NCBI GenBank assembly: GCA_026914245.1
Contig: CP110439.1
Span: 4,402,001-4,466,000, forward strand
DNA length: 64,000 nucleotides
Source: Puccinia triticina
Lineage: Eukaryota
Reading direction: 5' to 3'
Shown: in pieces, positions 23,983 through 38,129 of the stretch
Position numbering within the stretch: the first letter of the stretch is position 1
Layout: each line of letters starts with the position of its first letter
The notes under the pieces: model-generated
The model's database searches: none
Seen by the model: the letters and a program-made list of their open reading frames with translations, nothing else
Told to the model about the DNA's origin: nothing
Position numbers and translations under genes: made by a program

Positions 23983-24646
23983 ATGAACCTGAGGTGCACA
24001 TCAATGGCTCATTCTCAATTAATGCCAGAAATTGGACGCGTTGGATTGTGTATGTGAGTCTTCTTCTCCTCTTCATATTATGTAGCCGCAACTAACTGAA
24101 GTTCCTTTTTTCTCATTTCCGCTTACCAGGGGAGATATCCCGCCTGAGCTGCATGTTTCTCACCTGGGCCTATCCAACGCAGTGTACATCCATGCTCAGC
24201 TTCATTACATTGGCTTTCCTTCTCGAAGTTGGCTCAGCAGTCAATATCTGCAATACGTCCCGAACAGAACGTTACTCGCTGAGCCTGATGTTATTCGAAG
24301 CTCTTCTCTGACAACGTATCCCAACGGAATTCAATGGGAAGCGAAGGAACAATCACTCTTCTGCTATTCTCATTCGTGGGACGCGTCAGATGGCATATGT
24401 GAGTCACGATTTCATCTTCTCTTAGGAGCGGCAACGAACTCCCGTCTCACTTTTACTCGGACGTGCTAATGGAGTTTCCGGGTCTTCGTAGCATCAGAGG
24501 AACGCGTAACAAGTGAAGCAGTCTTCATTGCATCAAATATGCGGGCCTGTCCGCCTAACCACTTTGAACAACACCCGCACATAACATTCGCATTTAATTA
24601 TGTATCTCTGGTTATAACTGCCTTTCAAGAAATGATGGCCAGCTGA
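23983..24646 (+). CDS. Possible spliced hypothetical protein (model uncertain, may extend upstream)
   Basis: GTGAGT donors near 24054 and 24399 with AG acceptors near 24129 and 24491 link open segments; no recognisable domain. Confidence 0.3.
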
Positions 24647-26292
24647 ACTCAAAGGTGCGTGTTCTCAGTTCCACAGCGGAGTGACGACATACCTGAAGGA
24701 TATCCTGACTAATTGTTCCATTTTCTCCTGGGTCTCATTCGACCTTGCCATTTTTCGTTACTTCGGTTGCTTTACAATCACCACCTCTTCCTCCTAGGCA
24801 TCCGTATCCTGTTAAGAGTTTTTGGCGCTTGTGCGGTGATATTGACCCTTTGAAATCTCTGCGGGTTCAGCCAAGAGTTCTTGACCTGTTGACTGGGAAT
24901 ATATCCCGAAAGATGTCTTCAATCCATAGTATTCATTGCTCATGAGTCTTGGAAGTCTGTTTGGTATGTGTGCAGACCGTAACACCTTATCCTATCCTCA
25001 CAAGCGGGGACATCAAGACTAATGTTCCATGGCCAAAGGCTCTGGTAATAGGCTCAGCTGGCATCGGTCGTATCCGAACTTCCCCGTACTCTCAACTATC
25101 TTTTTTCGATTATTCAAACCCAAGTGGCATTCTGCATTACGGCGGCAGGAGCTTGACGATCTGCTGAAGATGAAAAGGCATGGTTCGGCTGCACTTGGCT
25201 GATGTTGCCTTGTACTACAAAAGTCGGATGAATCGATAACGAAAAACAGCAGTCTTCCGATGTGTGTAAACTCTGATTTGCTTTCTTTCTTTTAGGATGC
25301 CTCCTATCCTGGAGTAGAATATCCTGCTCTCTGGTTCTCAGTTAGCGCAGATCAACCTATCGGGGGATCGCACTATTGATTGGCATCAGCCAGTCTCAAG
25401 AGTGTCGATGAACGTAAATGGTTGAAGATCAAAGACATTTCCTTCGCTCCAAGGAAATACATTTTCCCCTCTCTTGATGCAAAAATCTATGTAGCGTCCC
25501 ACATCCTTTCAAGTCAAGGGTCTCAAGAAAGTGTTGTAAGTAGAATCAAATTAATAGTCAATTCAATCCATTTTGAATCATTTGCTGATCAGTTTGTGAG
25601 GTTGCAAGTTGGCATGTTTCATTCGATAAGTTGAGGAATAATATTCATCAACAAATCTTGCGTGCGGACAGACCCGGCTGTAAACTTTCCGAGAACGTGC
25701 GCCAACAGCGGATTTATAACCCAAGGAACAAGCACTCATCTTCAGCTGGACCTGAATACGACAGCCAGCGAAGGAAATTTGGATTGGATCAGGGTAAGGA
25801 GACGACTGGGGGCAAAGAAAAAAACAACACATGAAGGGTATATGTGCCCTGACCTACAAGTTCCCGCCCAAGTATTTGTTCGATTGGTTCCTTACGTGAC
25901 CTTGCCGCGGGGATCGACAGCCGGCTTGAGGAAGAGATGACAGGAACACGGACCGGAATTTGTCTCATGCCTTTGAAGTCCGAGAGTCTTTGGAAGCGGT
26001 GGATTCGTGAAAATTCTCTTCGGGGCTGCTGTGGTGTCAGCGCACAAAGCTTGGACCCGGATTACGTAAGGCCCACTGCCCTCCTCCAGCTCCTCCGTTT
26101 CGAATCCGTCCACTTTGAGCACTCCAGCTCTCCACCTCTTCACCATTTCCAAATATTTATACATCCCAGCCATAATCCATCCATCTTCCTTCCTTCCATC
26201 TCACTGCACCCAACAATCACATCCTATCATTATCATCAAACCCACCTATTGGCTCTACCTATTATAACCAGCCCAATTATCTTGATATCACC

Positions 26293-27420
26293 ATGAACAC
26301 GCAACTCCTAACCGTCTTCGCATCAGTCGGGGTGGCCATGGCTTCAGACTTTCGTGTAAGCTCATGACCAGTACAATCAGGTCTTTCTCCTCGGTCGTCA
26401 GCTACTCATCACATTGGCTTAACATTTTACGTGGGTAGGTGACCGTCGGGATCTCTCAAATCACCGGTCAAGTAGGAACCGGGCTCGACCCTAACCGAAT
26501 CGTCCCAGCCGGTAAGCCACTGGTTCTCTCACCACCAGAATCAATCAGCCCCAATGACTCTTCCCTGCTCGGTTCAATCTAACACGTTATAAAACAACAA
26601 CAATACGTCTGAATTTCTAAAGCTGGCGACACCATAACCTTCAGCTGGTTGATCCCGTCCTACATCCAGAACCCTGCCACCGGAACCTACAGTGTCACCC
26701 GTAAGCTTTGACCGCAGAAATTTAACCCTCAAGCTTCGGACACAAGAAACAATTCGTCTAATTTTCTTTCTGCCTTTCTTCAGAGGGCACGTACGACGCG
26801 CCTTGCAAGCCAATGGGCGGTGGTTTCGACAGTGGACCAAAGACTACTGGCCCTGAAAACGCCGGTCAAGCACCAACCATGACTTTGTAAGCAACTTTCT
26901 GCTGCCGGAATAAACTGAAACTGACTGATCTTCTTCCCGCATTTGTTAAATCAATCAGCCAAGTCAAGGACGACAAAGTTAGTGGATTTTCCCTCTCTGA
27001 GATCCGAATGACTGATGTGGTGACCACAAGCTTATTTCTGCTTCAACCGTTCTATAGCCGCTCTACTTTTTCTCGTCGGTCGATGACCAATGCAAGAAGG
27101 GTATGGTTCTTGGAGTCAACACGCCCGCCTCTGGTCCGGGTAGCGTTGAGTCGTACATCATCGCCGCCGGTGGGAACCCGAACGCTGACACGACTACTAA
27201 CGGAACTGCCCCGGCTGCCCCGGCGTCCACCAATACCACCTCCACCTCCGCTTCTGCCTCTAAGAACAACACATCTTCAACAACCCAGTCTAAGCAACCC
27301 GTCAACGCTGGTTCAACTAACTCAACTTCTGCCAAGCCTCAGAACAGCGCCGCTATCGCTACCGCCCCTCACTCACTTTTCGCTGTCATCGGTCTCTTGT
27401 CTACCGCATTCTTTCTTTGA
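26293..27420 (+). CDS. Secreted, probably GPI-anchored cupredoxin-like Ser/Thr-rich protein (6 exons)
   Basis: Spliced product MNTQLLTVFASVGVAMA..VTVG..AGDTITFSW..YSVTQGTYDAPC..GGFDSG..PLYFFSSVDDQCKKGMVLGVN, then an S/T-rich stalk and hydrophobic C-terminus; canonical GTAAGC donors. Confidence 0.8.
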
Positions 27421-28071
27421 AAGTCCCAGCCCTCAGCCCCTTTTCCCGTCCTTTTCTGAAGCTGGATCGCATGCACTTTCTTTTCATAAGATTTGCACAT
27501 GGATCGTCTCTTCCCTCGTCCTTTTTGTTGTAACCTTGATTTGATTTGCTTTTCTGTTCACGACACCCTACCTACGCGTTTTTCTTTGATTGATTGATTA
27601 TTGCTACGAAACCTTTTTACGCTGGATTAATCATGTTTGGTTCGAGTCCGTCACTGTTGAGCGTTGTGGTATCACCTTTGATTTGGGTGAGTACCCTTAC
27701 AATTCAGTCAGTCTTCTTGCATCAAGCTAGAAACAACACAAATACACCAGATTTCGGCAAAACATTGCTGCTGATATGGAATTCACTCTATCCGGCGCTT
27801 CTTGAGACACCTGACTTGACATGTCATTTGTCCCTGTGTAAATTTATCGATCTGTTTGAGGTGCTTGGATTGCTCATTCAAAGATAAACCAAGGGGCTTG
27901 AAAAAGACCCTCAAGTCTTCACAGAAAATAACACCCGAGATTGCAGGACATTGGGAGCACTGGACCACTTCCCGTGCAATCTGGCACCTCCGCAGAAGCG
28001 CGAGCGGACAAAACCTGCAAGATTTCACGCCATCTTTATTTTGCCGCACAGGGTCACATGCCACGCGGCCG

Positions 28072-28122
28072 TTTTTTTTTTTAAAGTGTAATTTTGCCTT
28101 TGGCATTGCACACTATGAATAT
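28072..28122 (-). mobile_element. 3' tip of a LINE related to the element at 48775-54270
   Basis: Poly-T followed by AAGTGTAATTTTGCCTTTGGCATTGCACACTATGAATAT, nearly matching 48805-48842. Confidence 0.7.
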
Positions 28123-28833
28123 GATGTTATCTACCTACAAGCATTTTTGTTATTTATGTTTGTAGTTTGTTTTTTTCAGTACTTGTTTCTATGGGGCCAA
28201 GTTCTGTAGAGGATGTGGTAATCTTAACAACTAGGGAGAATGAGTTGTGATGTGGGTTTTGTGGGGTGGATGGGGTGCAACCGTTTTTCAGGTTGATTCA
28301 ATTGGGTAAAGGGTGTTGAAATTGAAATTTTTTTATACATGTATTTGGGATTTGAACACCGGACTCATCACTCTCTTCGAAGTGATTATACTATGTTGTT
28401 GCAGGGGAGACACCAAGCTTCCGTGGGTGATGGTTAGCGCTAGGCCATCTGGACCCTTTTATGTACACAAAAGCGTCCAGCTGAAACCAATCTGGTTGGC
28501 CAAGAGACAATACATTTTGATTTTCCTTTGACCAAAGATCAGCACAAAGTGCTTCACTTGGCACTACTCTACTTGTCAACAAAATTAATCATTAACAAGT
28601 TGAGTAAAGAGTACAGATGTCATTTTTACATATGGTGTGCATCAATTTACTTCCCCAACGGCCATATGGTAGAGCCACTGTAATTTGGCCATCTGGTCTG
28701 GCTGCCCCATTTGGTGGATGTGCTGCAAGAAATTGACTATGAGTCCTAAGTCCCTCCTTTGGAGGCTTGCTCCGGGGTGCTTTGTGCCAGCCCATGACAG
28801 CCTGGCCAGGCTGTACCAGCCCCCCCCCCCCAA

Positions 28834-28999
28834 TAGGCGGGTTCACAATTGAATTTTAAGAAACCTTAAGAGCCCATTTTGAGGCCTTTATACATGAACA
28901 ACTTTACCCAAATGTGCTTAACAATCTTTCAAAAAAGGTTGGTAATAAAGGTGAGATGGGCTCCAAAGTTTTTTTAAAATTCTATTGTGAACCCCCCTG
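28834..28999. mobile_element. Small MITE-like inverted-repeat element
   Basis: GGGTTCACAATTGAATTTTAAGAAACCTT..GAGCCCAT versus ATGGGCTC..TTTTAAAATTCTATTGTGAACCC; no TSD found. Confidence 0.5.
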
Positions 29000-31216
29000 A
29001 TGTGAGGAACTTGTGTTAAGTTAGATTCACCAGGGCAGCCAGCAGCACTAGGAAGTGTTTCAGGATCACCAGCTCCATCCTCAGGCTCCAGCATTGCTGC
29101 CCAATCTCAATGTCAACCCTTGAGACTTTTGACAAGTCCAAAAGGGTTACAAAAGTGGATTAACTAAAAGACAATAATTAATTAATTGAGCGACACACGG
29201 GCGCGGAACTCAAGATATGAATAATGAATAAGAAATGAATAATACTAAAAACCACAATCACTATAAAAGATATTCATGAAATTACAAAGAAAGAAGAAAC
29301 TCCTAAAGGAAAACTTAGAGCTGCACAATGAGGAGAGCACAGTTGGAGTTGCAGAGAGAGAAATATTATACCGTTGAGGGACAAGAGGGAGAACCTCCAA
29401 CCCAGAGAATCAGAGATCAAACAATTATTTCAACATCTCACTCCGATATCAAAACCAAGCTAAAGACTGCTACTCAGATAGACTTATTTCAGTGTTACTA
29501 TTAGTATCCCAAAATCATAGACTCTATTTGACTAGCCCTTACTCTTTAGACTTATTTGAATGAGATCAAAATAATATTGACTTCAGATTATCTCCTACTC
29601 TTCATATTATAGAATTCTCAGAGAAATCATTCTTCTATGGAGGTGCTGGACCAACAAAAACAGCCAATTTTATGTTTTTTTGTGAAATGCCAGTAAATCC
29701 ACGACAAAATGGACAGATGAACTGACAAAGCAGCCATTGTCATGCTTTCAGAGCACAATCCAGCCATCTTGGTGTTGGTCTGATGGCGCCTCTAGCCCAA
29801 AAAAATAGCCACCATGGCTCTGAGCCGTCATTCCTAGCCAAACATGGTGCCTGAGTCAACATTCCTAGACAAAAATGGCTCTGAACCAGAAATTCTTGTC
29901 AGTCATGTTTCATATTTTGACTCTAGCCATCTTTCCTTGCTGCTTCCAGCATCCACCAAACATGTGGGATCAGTATCTGTCTGTATCAGTGTATGTATTT
30001 ATATAATGCATGTGTAGCAGTACTCAAACAGGTTTCAGTGTCAGGATTTGTTATACATCCTGTAATAGTAAGGTGAGCAGCCTGGTTCCTATATATACCT
30101 CTTCTGTTTTAACCCGCTCCAGCCTCCAACTCCCCCCTCATTCTCGGCAACTTCTTTATCATTCAACAGAGGGTCGGTTAGGTGCCCTGAAGAGTTGGTC
30201 AAGCTGTTTACATGCTGCCTTTTGACATTGTGCTCTCTATATCATGCTGCTCTCTGACTTGATTGGGGGTCGGTTAGGTGCCCAGGAGAGTCAGAACAGC
30301 ATTACAGAGCATTGATTTGAGGAATTGAGACCAATCCAATGGCTTCAACTTCTGTGAGTCAACTGGACTCTGCAAGGGAGACCTGTTCCCACCAACAAGA
30401 TCACTGAGGAGCATGCTGCTGCATGTACATACCTTACCAGCCAGTGGCAAGATTTCATTGTTGCCCACTTGATCGCCAAGGCTCCTGGAAAGTTGTTTAT
30501 AAAGTACCTTGGCTTCCCAAGGGCTACCAATGAGCTGGTTCAAAATCCTGGACGCACTGGGGACCGGGTGGTTGGTCTCTTTTGCTTGAGCCATGGGTAA
30601 CACATCCTTCTGCTCACAGTTTTGGCGCCGTGCCGCGGCGCCTGGGGAGTCCCAAAAGCCGGTTGGGCTTCCCAAGACTCTGTGTGGGTTGGAGGGAGTT
30701 TTGATCCCCGGTCTGCTGAGAATGTTCCTCCCAAGGGCCTTGCTTCGGCTAGAGCTTGCCCAAGAGGGATCTCTTGGCTGAGCAACGTTGGTAAGGGAGG
30801 AGGGGTTAGCAAAGTGGGTCCTCCGGGAGCAGGCGCAACCCAAAAGGAAGCAATTACTAAGGCACTAGTGGAAAGTTTAACGGTTCCTTCCTGGGGGCAA
30901 AAGGGCAGGCAGGGACTGAGTGGACTATGTACACACCTCCCTGTACTTCCGCTGGCACGTGATTACGCTGGAATCTACAGCGCCCCTTGTCACGGAAGTG
31001 CTTATAGGATCCTACAGTTGTACAGGGACCAAGCTAGGCGGTCATGGGCTACTTTGCTCCCACTTTGCTCCCAGTAACAAATATTCTTTCTTGTTTTGTT
31101 TTTTTTTTTAAAAAAAAAAGTGAAACTAAAAAGCTGTCCGACATGTCGGTCCAGCACCTCCATATTCTTCTACCCGTACTTGTTAGAGAACAGTGCCTAG
31201 GATATCAACTCCGTAA

Positions 31217-31696
31217 TGTGAAGCCTGGCCTACTAAACAGTTTGCTATAAGTGGCTATGAAACTATCCAAGAGGATAGTTTGCCAAATGCTTGCCTAGTA
31301 AACTTAGGATAATTAAGATTTAGGGTCTTTGGTCACAATGATGATATAAATGTAGATTATATTTTGAGTTTAGAGTTACAAGAGTTTAGATTTCTCGGAT
31401 AACAAAATATAATGTGAAGAAGGACTATAACAAAGAATATCCCAATGGGAAAATAAAGAAGAAAGAGGGAGAAAGAACAACCAAAGAGAGCAATAAAACC
31501 AACAGAGTAACGAGAGAACTGATGACATCATTGGAAAGGTTAACACATCATAGATAATGAAAATGATAAAGTAATTCAACTTTCATCGGAGAAATCCCAA
31601 TGCCAATTGAATCTGCATTGCAATCTAACAATCTTCAAGGATTAATCAGCATGATTCGCTCATCATAAGTCATGCTAACCAAACCGGGTCGTTACA
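31217..31696. mobile_element. Solo LTR (480 bp)
   Basis: TGTGAAG...GGGTCGTTACA ends; 5-bp TSD CGTAA (31212-31216, 31697-31701). Confidence 0.85.
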
Positions 31697-32949
31697 CGTA
31701 AGCTCTCACCTTCCAATCTAAACTACTACATATAGTGATCTCATTGTCACTCCGCTATTCTTATTCTCCTTATCTCAATCATACTTAAACTCATTTAAAA
31801 AATCTAAACATCTTTATAAATATAAACGTTTGGGTTTTTTGGTAATAACCCATCCGCGCTAATATAGCCGGGAAGAAACCATAAGATCACATACTTATCT
31901 GTGATCTAACCTCCTATAGACTTCTATCAGGAGAGGCTAGCTTTTGCGGCTCAACCAGTCCATTTGGACTAGCAAATAATACACTTAAAGTAAAACTCAT
32001 AAATAATCCTATTCCTTTTATCTTTATTTCTCCTTTTCTTCTTTCCTAGTTGTATCTAGATTTGCAGTAAATACATCTATATTTACTGCACCTTTGTCCA
32101 GCTAGCTCTCTACGCGAGAGCGCCCGCTGACACTCAAGATCATTCCCTCCCAGAAACAAAAGGCAAGCAAATCTGTAGTCCTGGATGATTCTGACAAAGA
32201 ACCACCAGCCACAGATTGTTTGAAGTCCCAGGAATTGACCAATGAATAAGAGCAAAGTAAGCGTAAATTTGATGGCGTAATTTGCCTGGTGTCAAAAAAA
32301 CTCACCCCGTTCCCACCAGAATTCCCCCGAGGGAGGCACTTTGATAAGTTAGCATAAGATGTACACCACGGCTGCAAGAAAAGTATCTTGCTACCGTTCC
32401 CAAACGTTTCAGGGTTTGAAACGGTCCCTGGGAACGTTTCCGGTTGTAAAGTGGTTCCCGGAAACGTTTCCAGTTGAAACATGGTCACTCATAACGTTTC
32501 TGGTTGCCCAATGGTTCCCAGAAACGTTTGAGGTTTTGAAACGGTTCGACAAAACGTTTCAGGCGTTTTCAACCACTCTGCAACGTTTCACACAACCAAA
32601 CTGGTTGACATGAACGTTTGTGCATGCCTACTGATCACAAACGTTTGAAAATGGTTCGCCAGACCAATTCCGTTCAAGAAAACGTTTGCATGGCCCTCAG
32701 TTGGTTGGTGAAAACGTTTACCGCGCATACAACGTTTAATGTAACGTTTTTGAGCAATGTAAACGTTTACGGTCGAATTTAACGTTTCTTGAAACAATTT
32801 TGAGCTATGTAAACGTTTAGGACCGGTTTTGACAAAACAATAAGTTAATAAAACGTTTGCACAACCAAGTGCAAAGGTTTTTTCGGATATCAAGCTCTCA
32901 AGTCTCCTCCAACCATCGCATCCCCTTGTTCCCCATTCCGCCCATCGCG

Positions 32950-33660
32950 ATGTCCTCCCCCGCCCCATCCCCTTCAGACTACGGAGTTTCCCAGGAACCG
33001 CGACAAGGCCCGATGCACCGCGACAATGAGGCGCCGTTTGGCGTGGCCACTGCTTGCAACCTCCGCGAACTTCATTACGTGGCTCCAACCACCACCTCCG
33101 GCATCACGTTATTCATCAACTACAAGCTCTTCGCCAAGGTCCGATACGATGATGAGGATCATCACTCCTACAGAAGCATCGAGACGGAGCGCCATCTCAC
33201 CCCCGTCCACATAAGCGGCCAGGACATGCAGGCCATGGAATTCCCGGAGTTCAAGGCGCGCGTCATGAAAGCCATTCGCTGCCAGGCCACCAACAGATAC
33301 TCGCTCGACATACTGGCGGTTTACGCCGATTTCAGGGGACTCCTCACTTGGAACTACGGGTTTACGCAAGGTCCGGTCCCTCAGCCTGTCAATATCGCGA
33401 TGCAACCGATCTCGTGCTTTTCCGTCTTCAAGTACAAGTCCATGGACGTTTGCGCAGGGCGTAGGACATACCTTTTGCTAGAGATGGACCCAGCGTCGAT
33501 TACTCTCCAACCCAACGCAGTAATGTCCTTACTAGTAAGTCCCTCTCCTGCTGCCTCCCTTCATCCCTGCTGACAATATCCACTATTCTTAGTGTCGCCA
33601 CAGAATGGCCGGATTTATCTTAGAGGAGATCCCAGATGACGACCGACAACAGCTGTAGCG
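32950..33660 (+). CDS. Element-borne hypothetical protein A (3' end uncertain)
   Basis: Long GC-rich ORF (32857-33573 in track; first likely ATG 32950); probable short terminal exon. Confidence 0.55.
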
Positions 33661-34300
33661 ATTGCGCGGCGGCACCAAACAGGCCAAAGCTCCAAGTCCT
33701 TGCCTTGCGGGTCCAGTCCTCCTCCCCGATGCTATGCCAATTGACTCCCGATCTCGTGATATGTCTTGTCTTCAGTCTACTGTAATGTGATCAGTCTATT
33801 CCTATTTCTTGCTTGAATGCTGCTCTCTCTATCTCTCTCAAGTGAATGTGCTGCCCTTGTCTATCAGTCTATCAGTCTATCTGTCTCAATTCCTGCCATG
33901 CAAATACATGATACATATAACCAAAACTTCTCACAATGGGTCTGTTTTATAAGCTATAAGAAGCAATTTCACCCACAATTGGTCTGATTATTACTCTCCC
34001 AAAATATTTTCATCAGACAATATCAAACAAGTTTCTACTCAGATTTCTGTTAAACACCTATACTATCTAAATGATTTGATGAATGAAAAAATGATTTGAT
34101 GAATGAAAACTGATTGCATAGAATGCACAACAAGACACAGAATGCACAACAAGACACAAGTAAACAAACACCAATTAATTTGATAATCTGACTGGCATAT
34201 AATGCTCATCAACTTATCACATAAGAGCCCAAATAGTAATGGTGGTTATGAATCTTCACTACACAATGAATGAAACATGTTATATGGGGAGGAAATACTT

Positions 34301-37300
34301 TCAGTTGCCCTCCCTTTGCCACATATGCAACCCTTCCTCCAGAGCTAATGTCATCACATCTTCAGGTATGGGACGAACAAACAGGTTTGAATGCAGACGG
34401 TGTAAATATGGTGCATGATGTGACACTGCATTGAGCAGGTAGCTGTTCATGGGATTGTGCTCTATATAGTTCACGTGGGTTCCTCCTTCTTGGTGTCCAG
34501 TTAGAGGCATGAATTTGGTCCTGACTGGGCAATCCGCTGCAAAGCAGTTATGCTGAACATTGATGGTGCATATGATGCGCTAGATTAAATAACATGGATT
34601 GAATCAGTCAATGAATAATATAATCAGAGTTCATGATTAATATGATTAGCATTTTCCAAGTCTTAATTTCCATTGATGGCTCATAATAAAAACTTAACTC
34701 CTTGACCAGAATTGCCATCTGATTCTCTGGCTGAGTACCTGATTTGGTGCATCTCTGTATTTTTGCATAGAACTGATTATTTCCCACTTCCCATATGGAA
34801 TCCACACATCCAATCATACCATTGGGAAACATACGGTCTTGGGTCTGTTATCTCCATCCACGAAATGTTTGGTTAGCACAAAAACTTGCAGAATTGAGAC
34901 AAATGGGATTCACCAAGACAAAAGTACCATCGCGGATGACTTCCTTATCATCCAATTTGACAGCTTGAACCTTTGTGATGAGAAGTGTGGGGAAATTCCT
35001 CAACAGAGGCACTGGGACAAGTTCCCCTGCTTTGCGTGCCCCCCTGTGACCATGAATGGTTGGTTTGAGTTGGCCGGATCCAAACCAATTTGAATTGTAT
35101 CCCATGGCTTTTTGGATAAACACATTATTATCAAAAAGTGCTTGTACTTCCCTGGATGCTTGAAAATATCTAAGGTGTTCATGATCATATAGTATGGCTC
35201 CTGATAACAACAACCTTATGATGTTGAAGTTGTTGAAGCAGGTGGCTATATCCCTGCTTGGGCTTTGGCGGTTGGAATGAATGGAGGCATTCCTTATCAC
35301 CCCATTGAAACTCTCAAATTTTTCAGTAGCAAACAAGCTTGCTGGGCCATATCTGAGTATTGATTCGGGAAGATGCAAGATATGATGAAATTTTGGTTTG
35401 TTTGCCCACCTGCCATTCATGATACACACGTGATATAAGAATAGATGTATTCAATTTTCCATTTCCCAAATGAATTTGTCCATATCGTTTATGTGAGTCT
35501 GAAATGCCATACTTGCAATTTGGCACAGTGAAGTCCAGATTTCCTGCTGTTGCTCATTCATCATGGGGAATAACACAAATGGGGTGGCCTGAAGGATCAG
35601 TCTGAATTCTTTCCCTATGAGGCTTTTGTAATGCTGAATCATATATTGCGGCTGTATTGGAGGACCATTCATTCCTTCTGTATTGAATGCGCGCCAGCGT
35701 GCTTCCAGTTCTGGGTGATCAGATTCTTTCAGTTGACCCATGAAATCTTTCCAAAGGTATTTGACAACCCCAAGAAGTATAACATGTAGTATTTCTATTG
35801 GAGTATCCTTGCAACCATCAAATGCTATCAAATGAGCAAAGGGGTTAATCATACTTTTGGGGGTATCTGCCTGCATTTTGACTATTCTCAACCTTTCTTC
35901 ATAATCAGAGCGTTTCAGGTCAATTAATGCAAAATTGATGCGGTCCCTGATTCCATATGCTTGATGCTTTCTTTCAAATTCCTTTTGGGTGCCCGATTGG
36001 GAGGTTTCCCATAAGTCATATGTATTGTCTATTGTTTCATGCCATGTGCGTGGGGGTGGCATATGAGGGTGGCCAAAAAATTGTCTGAGGTATTCCATTG
36101 TGCATCTTTCCTCCCCTTGAGGGCATTGCAGTCCGCACATGCGACAGGGGTTGTTGGAGGTTCCTGGGTTTGGTGTATTGGTAACTTCAGCAGCCATGGG
36201 TGAATCTCCAACAAATGCAAGCATAACAGTCATGAACATGACTTCTTTCTTAACACTTGAATCATAAGCAATACTACCTGCTGTGGCCAATTCACTGCAA
36301 TTTTATCTGGTCAATCATTACAGAATTTTGTCATAAAGGTGATAGGTTAACTTACTTCAACTCTTGAACTATGGGTTCAGCAAGCTCCAGAGGGCCTGCC
36401 CGATTAGATGTGCATATAAAATGGCAATTGTACTCCATGTTTGAGAGGCTTGGGGGCAGGCCACTGAGGGTAAAGCAAAATGAGTTGTGCTTATTCCATC
36501 GCTTGGAATTGTTACCTGACGTGTCATCTGCATACAAGGTGATAGGTACATGACGTATTATCTTCCCATTTGCTTCTTCCCGCCAAGGATTTGGAACTGG
36601 AATCTTCCTTGTGCCACCACCAGGAATACATTCTGAATGAATAGGTAGGAAAGTCAGTTTGAAATCACCATTATTTGGTGATCACCATTATTTAGTGAGT
36701 GTGAATGAAAACTCCTTGCCATATATGCAGTGATTGCATTTTGCTATCAACAGTCCGCCTACAGATGTGAATATTTGATCATATTTCAGGCGGAAGTGTG
36801 ATACTGGGATTTCGTCAAGAAGGTGGTGGGTATACGGCAGGTGCCCTGGAACCAACATCTGTGTGACATTGATCCTTACATTGTTGTGGATTTCCACAAC
36901 ATTGCAATATTTAGGCCTGATGCATTTGGAGTATAGTATATCCTTGTATTTGTAAAAATATACTGGAATCATTATTATATCAGGTCCAAGTGATTGGGAC
37001 ACTGTGACTGGCTCATATATATAATAATGCTTGTCATGAACTTCAACCATTTGCACTCGGCACTCCCGGGGAAGCTCCTCTCTCCATTTGATACTTTGAC
37101 ACAGTGCGTAGATGTTTTTACCCTTTGGGTCATGGGGGTAAAACTCCATGTGTTTGGAAACAAGAGGATTGGCCAGTTCCTGGTGGATTAAACATATGGA
37201 ATTAATCAGCTTCCTCATTAACATGTTACACCCCAAGTGAAATATCTGTATTACCCCTGCTATGAGATCTTTCAAGCTGATCATGTAAGTCTTGTTTTGG

Positions 37301-38129
37301 AATACAGAGATGTTTTGCTTGATTTCATATTTCAAGATGTTGTCACTTATGCGGGTCCGGGCCCTTCTGATGGTGTCCCAGTGGGGAAGGTCCATGTTGC
37401 ACAATAATAATATGGACCGGATCTTATCATAGATCTGGCTGGACATTATTGTGTGCAAGTGTCCAAGCATCAGGGTTCCAACCAGGTACTGTGGTGAATT
37501 GTGATAAAATAAATTGTTGATCAGCAGATGAAGGCATCTTCAGCATGGAAAAGATAGAACATACCTCCTTGTTGGGGAATGGGTACCAGGGACAATTAAT
37601 ATCCACCTTGTAAGTATTGGGAGCAGAATATGTTGTTGGGGTCAGCCCCAAATTTTGTAAGTGGGATTGAATGATATCTTCCTGATCTTGAAAGAAATCA
37701 TGAAGGTCCAGACTGTGTTCAGAGTCATCATTGGATGAAGAATCATCAGAGTCGTGACCAAATTCGTCAGGTCGCATATCATCAATGTTCATTGGGAGTG
37801 GCCTGGGTTCCTCCAAAGGTAATGGGCCAACGTAGGTGCCATCTTCCATGTCAACATCATCTCGTCCTTGAGGTTGAGGACCAGGCGCAGGTGGTGGCTG
37901 ATTCAGTAGTGCTTGCATTTGTGCCAATTTGTTCACATGGGTCCTAGATTTTACGTGGGCAGCAATACTTTTGGGAAGACAAGGCCTAACCCCACATACA
38001 AGACACCTATATCTCACTTGTCCATTCCTTGGAGCCAGTTTTTCAAACCCTAAATGGCAGCATCCAAATCAGCATCAGCCAAATCCAAAGAGCAGAGCAC
38101 AGATCCTTACCAGGTATTTCTGCAGACAT
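34301..38129 (-). pseudogene. Multi-exon CMC/EnSpm-like transposase with one visible in-frame stop
   Basis: N-terminal CxxC..H..H finger; YADDTSGNNSKRWNKH; FVGDSPM; CRMC; EILHVILLG; KFHHILH; ATEKFESFN (D-D-CxxC-H-E layout). TGA at 35451-35453 lies between two same-frame ORFs. Confidence 0.8.

Noticed and set aside
30270..30850. Degenerate LINE RNase H remnant (EVEAIGL-like on minus strand)
   Set aside because: Only one short motif across frameshifts; not supportable by eye.
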